Positions 10,601-18,074 of a stretch of 64,000 bases of DNA are shown here, piece after piece. The position numbers and the translations under genes are program-made. Each line of letters opens with the position of its first letter. Position 1 is the stretch's first letter. Source of the DNA: an uncultured Sandarakinorhabdus sp. (GTDB taxonomy: Bacteria > Pseudomonadota > Alphaproteobacteria > Sphingomonadales > Sphingomonadaceae); contig CAZAWH010000001.1 in the NCBI GenBank assembly GCA_964488775.1, positions 1,269 through 65,268 on the forward strand, given 5' to 3'. The notes under the pieces were generated by a model that ran no database searches, had not been told where the DNA came from, and saw only the letters and a program-made list of their open reading frames with translations.

Positions 10601-11985
10601 GTGATCATCGCATGCGCCGCCGGGCCGGCCGGAATCGCCGGGCCATAGCGCACGTCCAGACGGCGCGGGAACGGGCCGGCCAGTTCGGTCTTGCCGGCGC
10701 GGGCGAGACCAGGCTGGGCAAAGAGCAGCATCAGGATGCCGGTCATCTGCTCCGTGCTCATATATTGGCCGATGCAATTGTGCAGGCCATGGCCGAACAT
10801 CAGGTTGGGGGCATGTTCGCGCCCCCGCCAGCGATCGGGATCGAAGCGGCCGGGCCGGGGCCATTCCCGGCGATCGTGCATGGCAGCCGCCGTGGCGGCC
10901 AGCACCACGCCGCCATTCGGGCCCGTGCGGAACTGGCCTGGATCAAGCGCCGGGGCCATGCGGCACGCCTCCAGCGCGATGCGGCGCATGGCGTCCCGGT
11001 CACCGGCCTGGGCGGCCTCCACCGCCTGCTGGAACGGGCCAGGGTGGCGCAACAGCCAGTCAAAGGCCTTGCCGCCGGCCAGGGTGGTGGTGGGGCCAAG
11101 GCCAATGGCGAGGCCCGTGATGATCGACCGGATCAGGGCATGATCAGCCGGCGCCAGCCCCGGCCCGCCCGCCATGAGGGTGGCGGCCAGCGCCCACATC
11201 AGGCCCTTTTGCCCGGCCAGTGCGTCGCGGCCGGCCGCATCCAGCGGGGCCAGCGCCGCCACGGCGCCAGCCAACTGCGCGTCGATCAGGGCGCGCAGCC
11301 GCCAGCCGGCGTGCTGGGCCAGTTCGCGGGTGGTGGCCGTGCCGGTGGGGTCGCCGAACAACATGGCCGACATGGCCAGCGTCCAATCCGAATATTCGTC
11401 CACGTCGGGCGGGCTGAGGCCGAGAAAGTCCGCGCCGGTTTGCGCCGTCACCCGGGCAAACACATCCTTCATCACATCGATCTGGCCATCGGCATTGGCC
11501 AGCAGCGCCGCAGTGATGCCGTCGGTATCGGCCATGAAGCGGGCCTTCCAGGCCTGGCCGCCGGCCATGGCCGCTTCCACCAGCGCGCGCTGGCTGGCAT
11601 GGGCCGGCCCTTCGGTGCCCAGCATGAACGGCGGGCGCAGCGCCGGATCGGCCCCGGCCGGCGCCGGGCCATGCGCCAACAGGATCATTTCCGCCCCGAA
11701 TGGCACCGGATAGGTTTCGGAATCGTTCAGCACCGCCATCACGCTGCTGTGCCGGGCCATGATGGTGAGATTGAAAAACGGCAGGCGCAACGTGCCGAAC
11801 AGCCGGGCCAGCCAGATCACCGCCGCCATCAGGGCCAGCACGCCCCAGCGGAAGGCCCGCGCCAACACGCCATTGGCCGGTGCCAATCGTTCCAGCCGAA
11901 ACACGACCTGGGCCAGATCCTGGCCGGCCAGATGCCATTCGGCCGGGGCATCCGGCACCGGATATTTCAGTTTGAACCCGGCCAT
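7696..11985 (-). CDS. Cytochrome P450 - membrane-anchored linker domain - DyP-type peroxidase fusion (1429 aa)
   Basis: P450 motifs: ExxR (EACR), PGRFDPDRW and heme motif FGHGLHNCIG. DyP motifs: HFGFRDGISQP (GxxDG), GSHIRRANPRD, RLIRRGRPY and QFEFIQ. Two hydrophobic helices lie in the middle region. Confidence 0.9.
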   Translation of the reverse strand: MAGFKLKYPVPDAPAEWHLAGQDLAQVVFRLERLAPANGVLARAFRWGVLALMAAVIWLARLFGTLRLPFFNLTIMARHSSVMAVLNDSETYPVPFGAEMILLAHGPAPAGADPALRPPFMLGTEGPAHASQRALVEAAMAGGQAWKARFMADTDGITAALLANADGQIDVMKDVFARVTAQTGADFLGLSPPDVDEYSDWTLAMSAMLFGDPTGTATTRELAQHAGWRLRALIDAQLAGAVAALAPLDAAGRDALAGQKGLMWALAATLMAGGPGLAPADHALIRSIITGLAIGLGPTTTLAGGKAFDWLLRHPGPFQQAVEAAQAGDRDAMRRIALEACRMAPALDPGQFRTGPNGGVVLAATAAAMHDRREWPRPGRFDPDRWRGREHAPNLMFGHGLHNCIGQYMSTEQMTGILMLLFAQPGLARAGKTELAGPFPRRLDVRYGPAIPAGPAAHAMITLNVPVLRGITDPAELAALETALIGFGNPAGPAVRQWLDGLGIVHYLSINALDVGTPAIPDVRLLIEISADGEEEQALAAIFASPPAELVALIQRVSAWDGRASLFLFLTRHRLDVRPRPWGTTGLLYNGSTGFTLAMKRRRRDLADFVRRAADHVQQQSRGQAQPALATVAAIRAMLADPASAPTDLASDAARLRPMLFVPGRQRLPFVNFTWPGFWGGVIAYLVSPAGRWIPAIAAVPALLVGLACWGLLGPGLWLAKAVICTAVGLLAAVLFWGLLLFLTVRALGQLEASDPPDTRDPDLARRLAIAAAENAAGHEQSHIISCSDFKPGLLRRLTFAFAMWGIKVFATHYTRSGFILTMGTIHFARWLRLPDAEKLIFFSNYDGTWESYLEDFITKAHEGQTAAWSHGVGFPPARNLVLEGAKNGDLFKRWVRRQQRLTHVWYSSLPDLTLDRIRAQALIHHGLARAADEAAAQDLLSLLGSAPRPAEVVDTAQVQSIVFRAMGSLVHGAHLFLDLPAGDPNRALARLVAGEGDLPPVSFGDLPSGAPRLAASASLALSPAGLARLGLPGPDSAHGLASFPLAFMAGMQARATILGDPGDWDAAGLAAYDAADACLILACDTPQRLAAAIAAVAAIAPITHQVITSPSGNGPDPDSLDVDHFGFRDGISQPVIRHTADWRRRPATDQMAAGEVLLGHPSNQGYVAPPLRLEAGHDPLGLLPAAAEPSRPYPDFTPDHPPAFRDFGRNGSFLVVRRLAQNVEGFAAGTAAAAADLNGRCPHLASSIGQTIDGQWVAAKIIGRWPDGTPLIDRAGPGGSGEAHNDFGFAHEDPQGLACPLGSHIRRANPRDGLDIRDPESLATINRHRLIRRGRPYREGEERGLMFTAICADIERQFEFIQQRWLMGPSFHGLAGEIDPLLGQGNFTLPTAIGPVRLTGLQQWVAMKGGGYFFLPGRAALRWLSQPR

Positions 11986-12007
11986 GCCCCCACCCCCGTG
12001 CTGCCAC

Positions 12008-13675
12008 TCACCCCGGTTGCAGGGCGAGCAATGGTTCCTTCAGGAAGCCGTTCCACTGTGCATTGCGGAACGGAATCCAATCGATGTAATCGGTGCGGAA
12101 GCCGGGCCGGGCGGCCACCAGTTCGGCCAGGGCCTCGGCCGCCGCCTGATCATTGCCGGCCCGCCATAGCGCGTTGATGCGGGTGACATGGGCATGCCAA
12201 TAGCCCGGCTGCAGCGCGATGGCGGTTTGGGCGCGGGTTTGCGCCGCGGCCCATTCGCCCTGCAACAACAGCGCCAGCGCCAGTTCCGCCTCCCGGTAAA
12301 AGCGGCGGAAATCGTGTGGCGACAGGCGCAGCGCGGTTTCCAGCCATTCCGACGCCGCCAGCGGGCGGCTGTTGAGGATGTGCAATGTGCCCAATTGCTC
12401 ATGCGCCATGGCCAGGCTGGGGCTCAGGGCCACCGCTTCGCGCAGCCAGGTTTCCGCCGGGCCCATGTGGCGCTGCCACATCTCCGAAATGCCCACCAGC
12501 AGATGGGCGCGGCCATCCCGGCGGTCCAGATCGACCGCACGGCGCGCGGCCTCACCAAAGGCAGCGACCTCGTCCGGCCCGGCGCGGCGGCTCCACAGGC
12601 GATAGCCCAGATTCTGCGCCCATTCGATGGCGGCATTGGCCGATTGCGGCGCCAGGCGCAGGGCCTCGGCAAAAAAGCCGGAGGCGGCCTCCAGATCGGG
12701 TTGGGACAGGCGGTTCTGATGCCAGCGGCCACGCCAGATCAGATCATTCACATCCAGCCGATCCGCCGGCAGACTGGCCACGCGCCCCTGCTCGGCATCG
12801 TCAAGCCGTTCGGACAGGATGGCGACCATCTGATCGATGATCGGCAGGATGGCATTGGATTCCTGCGGATTTTGCAGCTCAAGCGACGGCGAGCAGACAA
12901 TTTCGCCATCCGCGCAGCCCATCAAGCGGCCCGACAGCAGCCAGCCGCCCAAGCCGCGCCGCAGCCGCCCGCCAAAGACATAGGCCGCCCCCAGCCGGCG
13001 CCCGGCCTCCAGCACATCCTCGCCGCCGCCAACGGCAAAGCTGTTGCCCGACCCAATCACCTTGAGCCAGCGCAAGCGGGCGATGCGATCGGCCAGTTCG
13101 TCGCCGATGCCGGCGGCAAGATAATCGGCCGCCGGATCGCCGCTTTCGTTCACGAACGGCAGCACGGCCAGGAGGGCCGGCGGGCGCGGCGCGGCAAAGC
13201 CTTCCGGGCGATGCGGGGCATCCGTGCGCTGCTGGGCCAGCCAGACTCCGAAATCAGGCGCGCTAGGGATTTCCATCCCTTCCAGCAGGTTCTGCCCCGG
13301 TTCGGCCGGCAACAGATCATAGAGCAAGGGATCAAGCCAGACACGCCGGCCTTCGGCGCGCAGCAGGCCGGGGGCCACCACGTCCAACTGCTTGCGCAGG
13401 CGTGACAATTCCTTGCGCAGGCTGGCCTGGCCCTGCTCTTCGGCCCGGTCTCCCCACAACTGGCGGCGCAGCCAGTCGCGGTTGTGTTCCTGACGGGGCA
13501 GCAAGGCCAGCATGGCGATCAGCGCCTGGCCCTTGCGGCTGGCCAGATCGATGCGGCGGCCATCGGCGGCAAACAGGCGGAACGGCCCGTGCACACCAAT
13601 GCGAACCCGTGCTGCCTGCGCGCCCAAATCACTGCCCCCAGCCGGGGTGCCCTCCCCGTTCACATCACGCTCCAT
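12008..13675 (-). CDS. Putative transcriptional regulator: SARP/OmpR-like winged helix, TolB-like (adenylate-cyclase-associated) domain and TPRs
   Basis: N-terminal GPFRL...KGQALIAMLAL...RDWLRRQLWGD...QASLRKELSRLR, central LAVLPFVN...YLAAGIGDEL, C-terminal TPR-like ALRLSP repeats. Start uncertain (13690, 13675 or 13663). Confidence 0.8.
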   Translation of the reverse strand: MERDVNGEGTPAGGSDLGAQAARVRIGVHGPFRLFAADGRRIDLASRKGQALIAMLALLPRQEHNRDWLRRQLWGDRAEEQGQASLRKELSRLRKQLDVVAPGLLRAEGRRVWLDPLLYDLLPAEPGQNLLEGMEIPSAPDFGVWLAQQRTDAPHRPEGFAAPRPPALLAVLPFVNESGDPAADYLAAGIGDELADRIARLRWLKVIGSGNSFAVGGGEDVLEAGRRLGAAYVFGGRLRRGLGGWLLSGRLMGCADGEIVCSPSLELQNPQESNAILPIIDQMVAILSERLDDAEQGRVASLPADRLDVNDLIWRGRWHQNRLSQPDLEAASGFFAEALRLAPQSANAAIEWAQNLGYRLWSRRAGPDEVAAFGEAARRAVDLDRRDGRAHLLVGISEMWQRHMGPAETWLREAVALSPSLAMAHEQLGTLHILNSRPLAASEWLETALRLSPHDFRRFYREAELALALLLQGEWAAAQTRAQTAIALQPGYWHAHVTRINALWRAGNDQAAAEALAELVAARPGFRTDYIDWIPFRNAQWNGFLKEPLLALQPG

Positions 13676-13715
13676 GCCCTGTTCAAGCACTGCTTAACAT
13701 CTTATTTTTGTTGAA

Positions 13716-13744
13716 GTCACGTTTTATTCACGCCACCTTCACGC
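13716..13744. promoter_or_regulatory. Three phased direct repeats, candidate winged-helix regulator binding site
   Basis: TCACG at 13717, 13728 and 13739 (gTCACGt, tTCACGc, tTCACGc), an exact 11-bp period. Confidence 0.6.
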
Positions 13745-13855
13745 GCTAGTAACTGGCCCTTGCATCCGGCTTGGCGCATTCAGGTTTCAGCGGGACAGAA
13801 GCTGATTCTCTCCCCCAACTGGTTCGGGCGGGCGGTGCACATCCGCTCACCCAAT

Positions 13856-14118
13856 CAGGTTGCAGGCGAAATGTTGCCGATGTTCGACCCGCATCGTCAA
13901 CATCCAACCTGTGACAGGCCGGCACCGGCGTTGCGGTGGGCGGTTGGCGTTTCCGGGTGGCCTGGCTGTTTGACCCGCAGCCTGGCCACCGGCACGCCAG
14001 ACGCCCGATCCCTTCCGCAGCAGGTGCAGCAACGGCCACCCATCGGCATCCACGCGATGCCGGTCACCAAGGAGGTGCGCCCGCCTGTTTTGACCCTGCA
14101 GGCGGGCGCACCGACCTT
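13856..14118 (+). ncRNA. Array of three long stem-loops with conserved 9-nt loop TTYGACCCK (candidate ncRNA or structured DNA element)
   Basis: 13871-13903 ATGTTGCCGATG-ttcgacccg-CATCGTCAACAT; 13956-13990 GGTGGCCTGGCTG-tttgacccg-CAGCCTGGCCACC; 14074-14112 GGTGCGCCCGCCTG-t-tttgaccct-g-CAGGCGGGCGCACC. Strand is tentative. Confidence 0.6.
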
Positions 14119-14237
14119 TCGGGGCCTGACACATGCCAATGCGGCAACCAGGCGACCATCCAAACACAGCTCATGACACCGCACCGGCCCGCGCTGGCGG
14201 GACGAGACGTACACATTCGAAAGACAGTTGGAAAAGT

Positions 14238-14312
14238 TGGCTGGGGCGCCAGGATTCGAACCTGGGAATGGCGGTACCAAAAACCGCTGCCTTACCGCTT
14301 GGCGACGCCCCA
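14238..14312 (-). tRNA. tRNA-Gln (anticodon TTG)
   Basis: TGGGGCGTCGCCAAGCGGTAAGGCAGCGGTTTTTGGTACCGCCATTCCCAGGTTCGAATCCTGGCGCCCCAGCCA forms a cloverleaf with a TTCGAAT T-loop and encoded CCA. Confidence 0.97.
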
Positions 14313-14371
14313 GCAGCCGGAGCGGCGGGTTAGGCAATCACGCGCGGTTTGCCAAGCGGAAAATCATCGCA

Positions 14372-15202
14372 TCAGCCAGCGCGTGCCAGCAGGCGGCGGG
14401 CCTGTTCCACATGCAGCACCTCCACCATCTGGCCATCCAGCGTGGCAACACCGCGTCCCTCGGCCAGCGCGGCATCATAGGCCGCAATCATGGCATGGGC
14501 CTGGGCCACTTCGGCCAGGCTCGGCGAAAACACGGCGTTGCAGGGATCAACCTGGCTGGGGTGAATCAACGTCTTGCCGTCAAAGCCCAGCAGCTTGCCC
14601 TGCGCGGCTTCGGCGCGGAAGGCGGTTTCGTTGCGAAATTCGGTGCAGACGCCATCGAAACAGGCGATGCCCGCGGCGCGGGCGGCGAGCACGATGGCCG
14701 ACAGGCTGTAGAGCAGCGGCCGGCGTTCGGCATCGGCGCCGCAATTGAGCGCCTTGGCCAGATCGGCCATGCCGGCAACCAGCGCTGCCACGCCCGGCAC
14801 GGCGGCGATGGCAGCGGCGTTCAGCACCGCGGCCGGCGTTTCGATCATGGCCAGCACCGGCCGGCCGCCGGCATGGGCGACCAGCGCTTGCGCCTCGGCG
14901 GCGCTGTCCACCTTGGGCACCACCACCCCGGCAAAGCCGTCCACATGGGCAGCCGCCATGTCATCGCCGTGCCAGGGCGTGCCAAGGCCGTTGACCCGCA
15001 GAAACAGCTGCTTGCCCTCCCAGCCACCGTCCAGCGCGGCCGCCACGGCGGCGGCGCGGGCTTCGGCCTTGGCGGCGGGTTGCACCGCATCTTCCAGATC
15101 AAGGATCACCGCATCGGCGGCCAGCGTGCGCGCCTTGGCAATGGCCGAGGCGCGGTTGGCGGGCAGATAAAGGACGGAGCGCAGGGTGGTGAGATCGATC
15201 AT
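14372..15202 (-). CDS. HpcH/HpaI aldolase / CitE-like CoA-ester lyase
   Basis: LRSVLYLPAN, ILDLEDAV, MIETP and GFDGKTLIHPSQ motifs. Confidence 0.88.
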   Translation of the reverse strand: MIDLTTLRSVLYLPANRASAIAKARTLAADAVILDLEDAVQPAAKAEARAAAVAAALDGGWEGKQLFLRVNGLGTPWHGDDMAAAHVDGFAGVVVPKVDSAAEAQALVAHAGGRPVLAMIETPAAVLNAAAIAAVPGVAALVAGMADLAKALNCGADAERRPLLYSLSAIVLAARAAGIACFDGVCTEFRNETAFRAEAAQGKLLGFDGKTLIHPSQVDPCNAVFSPSLAEVAQAHAMIAAYDAALAEGRGVATLDGQMVEVLHVEQARRLLARAG

Positions 15203-15234
15203 GGCCACCAGCCTGCCAGCCAGAGCAGTGAGTT

Positions 15235-15978
15235 TCAATCGCCGTCGGTCCAGCCGGCCAGCTTGCCGCGCATGCGGGTGAGAGCCGCCTTCTTGATCTG
15301 GCACACGCGGGCCGCGCCGACGCCCAGCACCTGGCCGATCTCCTCCAGGTTCAGCTCCTCGACGAAATAGAGCTGCAGCACCTGGGCTTCGCGTTCGGGC
15401 AATTCGGCAATGGCGGCGGCAATCGCGCTGCGGCGGCGCTCGCTTTCCAGCACGTCATGGGCATCGGGATCGTCGCTGGCAAACCAGTCGCTGTGATCGG
15501 AATAGGCGTCGTCCAGGCTTTCGGTCTGCACCGCGTGGGTTTGCGCCATGGCGGCACGATAATCGGCCAGCGGCAATTCCAGCGCGGCGGCCATTTCGGC
15601 ATCGGTGGCGGCCCGGCCCAACTGGCCTTCCAGCCGGGCCCGCACCTGGCCCCATTCGCGTTTGCGGCGCATGGCGGAACGGACAAGCGTGGCGCCCTTG
15701 CGCAGCTGGTCGATCATGGCGCCGCGCACCCGCACACTGGCATAGGTGGCAAAGGCGGCATGGCCACGATCTTCAAAGCTTCGCGCCGCCTCGATCAGGG
15801 CGACCATGCCGATCTGCACCAGATCCTCCACATCGATGGCCGACGACACGCGGGCATGGACATGCCAGGCAATGCGGCGGACCAGCGCCAGATGGCTGGA
15901 GATCAGCCGTTCCGGATCCACCTGGGCCAGGCGCGCGGGCGCATAGAGCGCGGGTTCAAGGCCAAGCCGGGCGTCCAT
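15235..15978 (-). CDS. fliA: Flagellar sigma factor sigma28
   Basis: DLVQIGMVAL, FATYASVRVRGAMIDQLR and EELNLEEIGQVLGV motifs; directly follows flhA. Confidence 0.93.
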   Translation of the reverse strand: MDARLGLEPALYAPARLAQVDPERLISSHLALVRRIAWHVHARVSSAIDVEDLVQIGMVALIEAARSFEDRGHAAFATYASVRVRGAMIDQLRKGATLVRSAMRRKREWGQVRARLEGQLGRAATDAEMAAALELPLADYRAAMAQTHAVQTESLDDAYSDHSDWFASDDPDAHDVLESERRRSAIAAAIAELPEREAQVLQLYFVEELNLEEIGQVLGVGAARVCQIKKAALTRMRGKLAGWTDGD

Positions 15979-18074
15979 CAGGCGTCTCCTTTGGTGGGGC
16001 TGGGGGTGGCGGCGCCAATCACGGCGGCCACCGTGACGTCGCGATCATCGGGAATGTCGGCAAAGGCGAGCACCGGCACCTGCGGCAGCCGGGCGCGCAG
16101 CAATTGCCACAGCGGTCGGCGCACCTGCGGCACGGTGACGATCGCAAAGGCCTCGTTGCTGGCCAGCAGCGACGCTGTCGCCGTGGCGGCGGCCTGGGCC
16201 ACGCGGGTGACGAGCGCCGGATCAAACGGGTGCGCCGCGCCGGGATTGGCGCGCACCGCCTGCACCAGCAGCCCTTCGAGGCCGGGTTCCAGCGCCACGG
16301 CGGTCAGCGCGCCCTTCACGCCGGCCAGCCCCTGCACGATGGCCGCGCCCAGCGCCGGACGGATCAGTTCGGCCAGCTCGGCCGGATCCTGGCTCTTGGG
16401 TGCGGCGGCGATCAGGGCCGCCGCGATGGAGCGCATGTCGCGGATGGCGATGCCTTCTTCCAGCAACCGGGCGAGCACCTGGGTGACGATGGCCACGCTG
16501 AGCAATTTGGGGGCCAGCGCGGCGGCCAGCGCCGGTGCCGTTTCGGCCAGCGTGTCGAGCAGGGCCTGCACCTCGTCCTGCCCCAGCAGGCGGTGGGCAT
16601 GGTTGCCCAGCAGCTGGTTGAGGTGGGTGCCCAACACGGCCGCCGGATCGACCACGGTGTAGCCGGCGGCTTCGGCCAGATCGGCTTCGGCCGGATCGAT
16701 CCAGCGGGCGGGCAAGCCAAAGGCGGGATCGGCGGCGTCGCGGCCGGGGATCGGGGTGGCAATCGGCCCGGCTTCGATGGCGAGCACATCGTCGGGGAAT
16801 ATCTCGTCTTCCCCCACCACCACGCCGGCCAGGGTGATGCGATAGCGGAAGGGCGGCAGCGCCAGATCGTCCCGCACCCTGACCGGGGGCAGCACAAAGC
16901 CCAGTTGGCGGGAGCGTTGGCGGCGGATGGCGGTGATTCGGGCCATCAGCGGCGCGCCGCGCGCCTCGTCCACCAGCGGCACCAGCCCGAAACCGATGTC
17001 GAGCGCGGCGGGCGCCGAATCGGCAACATCGCTCCATTCGATGCGGGCGTCATCGGCAGCAGGCGCTTCGCCGGGGGCGGCCTCGGGCAACGCCGCCGCG
17101 GGCTTGCGCTTGAGGGCAAACCACAAGGCGGCCGCCGCGGCCGGCGCGATGATCAACAGCGGCATGCCCGGCAACAGGCCCAGCAACGCCAGGATGACGC
17201 CCACCGGAAGCCAGGGCGCGCCCTGCCCCAGTTGCACCCCCACCTGGCCGGCCAGATCATTGTCCTTGCCGACGCGGGTAACAACCATGGCCGCCGCGAT
17301 CGACAACAGCAGCGCCGGCACCTGGGCAACGAGGCCATCGCCAACCGCCAGCAAGAGATAGGTGCGCGCCGCATCACCCAACGCCAGATCGTGGGACACG
17401 GTGCCCAGGATCAGGCCGCCGATGATGTTGATGGCGAGGATCAGGACGCCGGCCACGGCATCGCCCTTCACGAACTTGGACGAACCATCCATGGCGCCGT
17501 GAAAATCGGCTTCGGTCGTCACTTCGGCACGGCGGGCGCGGGCCTCGTCGGCGGTGATCAGGCCGGCGTTGAGATCGGCATCAATCGCCATCTGCTTGCC
17601 GGGCAGCGCGTCGAGCGTGAAGCGGGCGGCCACTTCGGAGACGCGGCCAGCGCCCTTGGTGATGACGACCAGATTGATGATCATCAGCACGGCAAAGACA
17701 AACAGGCCGACAACATAATCGCCGCCAACCAGGAAATTGCCGAACGCCTCGATCACATGGCCCGCCGCCGCCGTCCCTTCGTGGCCGTGGACCAGGACCA
17801 CGCGGGTGGAGGCGACGTTGAGCGCGAGGCGCAGCAGCGTGGCGTAGAGGAGGACGGTGGGAAAGGCCGAGAAATCCAGTGGCTGCCGGATGTTGATGGC
17901 CACCATCAGCACGATCAGCGCGACCGCGATGTTGGTGATGAAGAACAGATCGAGGAGCACCGCGGGCAGCGGCACCACCATCAGGGCGACCAGCACCAAT
18001 ATCGCCAGCGGCAGCAGCGTGGTGCGTGCGTCGATGCGGCCGAGACGGCCAAGAACGGGTGCCAGCGCGCTCAT
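15978..18074 (-). CDS. flhA: Flagellar export apparatus protein FlhA
   Basis: FPTVLL..TLLRLALNVASTR, RFTLDALPGKQMAIDADL and GAMDGSSKFVKGDA motifs. Confidence 0.96.
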   Translation of the reverse strand: MSALAPVLGRLGRIDARTTLLPLAILVLVALMVVPLPAVLLDLFFITNIAVALIVLMVAINIRQPLDFSAFPTVLLYATLLRLALNVASTRVVLVHGHEGTAAAGHVIEAFGNFLVGGDYVVGLFVFAVLMIINLVVITKGAGRVSEVAARFTLDALPGKQMAIDADLNAGLITADEARARRAEVTTEADFHGAMDGSSKFVKGDAVAGVLILAINIIGGLILGTVSHDLALGDAARTYLLLAVGDGLVAQVPALLLSIAAAMVVTRVGKDNDLAGQVGVQLGQGAPWLPVGVILALLGLLPGMPLLIIAPAAAAALWFALKRKPAAALPEAAPGEAPAADDARIEWSDVADSAPAALDIGFGLVPLVDEARGAPLMARITAIRRQRSRQLGFVLPPVRVRDDLALPPFRYRITLAGVVVGEDEIFPDDVLAIEAGPIATPIPGRDAADPAFGLPARWIDPAEADLAEAAGYTVVDPAAVLGTHLNQLLGNHAHRLLGQDEVQALLDTLAETAPALAAALAPKLLSVAIVTQVLARLLEEGIAIRDMRSIAAALIAAAPKSQDPAELAELIRPALGAAIVQGLAGVKGALTAVALEPGLEGLLVQAVRANPGAAHPFDPALVTRVAQAAATATASLLASNEAFAIVTVPQVRRPLWQLLRARLPQVPVLAFADIPDDRDVTVAAVIGAATPSPTKGDA

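Noticed and set aside
13871..14112. CRISPR array or integron attC interpretation of the hairpins
   Set aside because: Units are not identical repeats, loop spacing is irregular (86 and 120 bp), no cas or integrase gene is present, and conservation is in the loops rather than at the ends.
14238..14312. Integrated prophage or island with att sites at tRNA-Gln
   Set aside because: No duplicate of the tRNA 3' end and no integrase seen in the window.
13760..14748. ORFs 13760..14176 and 13936..14748; each hairpin loop can be read as Phe-Asp-Pro
   Set aside because: The three FDP readings are not all in one frame, one ORF runs antisense through the tRNA, and the flanks are explained by base pairing. 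A peptide role is not fully excluded.
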